NCBI RefSeq assembly: GCF_001194135.2
Contig: NC_068994.1
Span: 16,657,267 to 16,707,541 of the forward strand
Source: Octopus bimaculoides
Taxonomy: Eukaryota
Length of the DNA stretch: 50,275 nucleotides
Direction: 5' to 3'
Below, one piece after another: positions 49,359-50,275 of this stretch. The notes beneath the pieces are model-generated. The model saw only the letters and a list, made by a program, of their open reading frames with translations. It searched no databases and was not told the DNA's origin. Position 1 is the stretch's first letter, and each line of letters starts with the position of its first letter. Position numbers and translations under genes: made by a program.

Positions 49359-49966
49359 GTCTGTAGAATTTTTCATTTCTTTCTCTATTTTTTTTTTACT
49401 ATATTTTTCTTATCTTTGCATTTTCTAAACGTCATCACCATAATTTTGACTTCTCTTTTTCCATGCTAGCATGTAGTGGACATATTCTGTTGTATAGCAT
49501 ATTGCCAAGTTCTCTTGATTCAGTTTCATTTTCTCTGCAATGCACAATATTCTGAAGCCTTTCCTTCCCCATACCTTTATATAACTTTCTTGGTTTTTCA
49601 GTGATTCACCCTAACTGAAGGTTTAAGGTGCTGCACTGGTTACCGACCTCAAGAATATATGTTCAAAACTTTTGCTTCTAGAGGCTATTTCTGTTTTGTG
49701 CTTCTGGACAAAACGCATCACTCAGCTTGCTTCAACCTAAACTCAAGTTAATCTCTTCACAAACGTCTCAGATCCAAAATCCAATACATAATTCCATACT
49801 CTGTGTTATTAAGCAGATGAAAAACAAATATTTTCCTAAAAATGACATTAGTTATCATGGTAACTTTACCAGAAGTTTTGATTTCTATTGCCGATGCCTG
49901 ACCTAACACCAACCACTTTTACAGATTGTTACCAGATGTCTTTTCCCTTGACACTAGTACTTGACA

Positions 49967-50275
49967 GGAGGCGCAATGGCCCAGTGGTTAGGGCAGCGGA
50001 CTCGCGGTCATAAGATCACGGTTTCGATTCCCAGACCAGGCGTTGTGAGTGTTTATTGAGCGAAAACACCTAAAGCTCCACGAGGCTCAGGCAGGGGATG
50101 GTGACGAACCCTGCTGTACTCTTTCATCACAACTTTCTCTCACTCTTACTTCCTGTTTCTGTTGTGCCTGTAATTCAGAGGGCCAGCCTTGTCACACTGT
50201 GTCACGCTGAATATCCCCGAGAACTACATTAAGGGTACACGTGTCTGTGGAGTGCTCAGCCACTTGCACGTTAAT
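49967..50275 (+). mobile_element. SINE family C (runs off the window end)
   Basis: A-box TGGCCCAGTGG at 49977-49987 and B-box GGTTTCGATTCC at about 50020-50031; the body matches 26781-27154. Other fragments lie at about 20400-20705 (-), 24617-24805 (-) and 39040-39355 (+). Confidence 0.92.

Noticed and set aside
49967-50040. tRNA gene
   Set aside because: A and B boxes are present, but the sequence continues into a SINE body that is repeated at 26781-27154. It is a tRNA-derived head.

Overview
This is eukaryotic, AT-rich, SINE- and microsatellite-dense DNA with five N gaps. The repeat landscape and long introns point to a coleoid cephalopod, most likely Octopus (inference). One protein-coding gene is well supported: a + strand CACUL1 (C10orf46/CAC1; cullin N-terminal-like domain) ortholog. 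Its seven coding exons are 4043-4424, 29342-29468, 35403-35511, 40734-40829, 43396-43498, 46480-46569 and 49217-~49358. They have GT-AG junctions and fully compatible phases and give about 349 codons; the C-terminal exon(s) are not resolved. The rest is mobile DNA: at least four SINE-like families, two decayed mariner transposons, RTE LINE fragments, three TTAA-flanked (piggyBac-type) MITE families, a long-TIR foldback element and a Penelope-type hammerhead ribozyme motif. I found no prokaryotic-type system such as CRISPR or an operon, and I cannot claim a demonstrably new system. The best leads are: (1) a minimal hammerhead ribozyme enclosed in a 61-bp inverted repeat about 1.1 kb upstream of the gene, on the strand of a possible divergent spliced transcript; (2) back-to-back splice donors on opposite strands at the promoter; (3) a decayed copy of exon 3 that would act as a poison exon; (4) an inverted MITE dimer beside exon 4; (5) a MITE holding a copy of nearby sequence; (6) one SINE inserted twice at the same motif of another SINE. 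All family assignments come from recognised motifs, not database searches. Repeat boundaries are approximate unless a target-site duplication (TSD) or terminal inverted repeat (TIR) is quoted.
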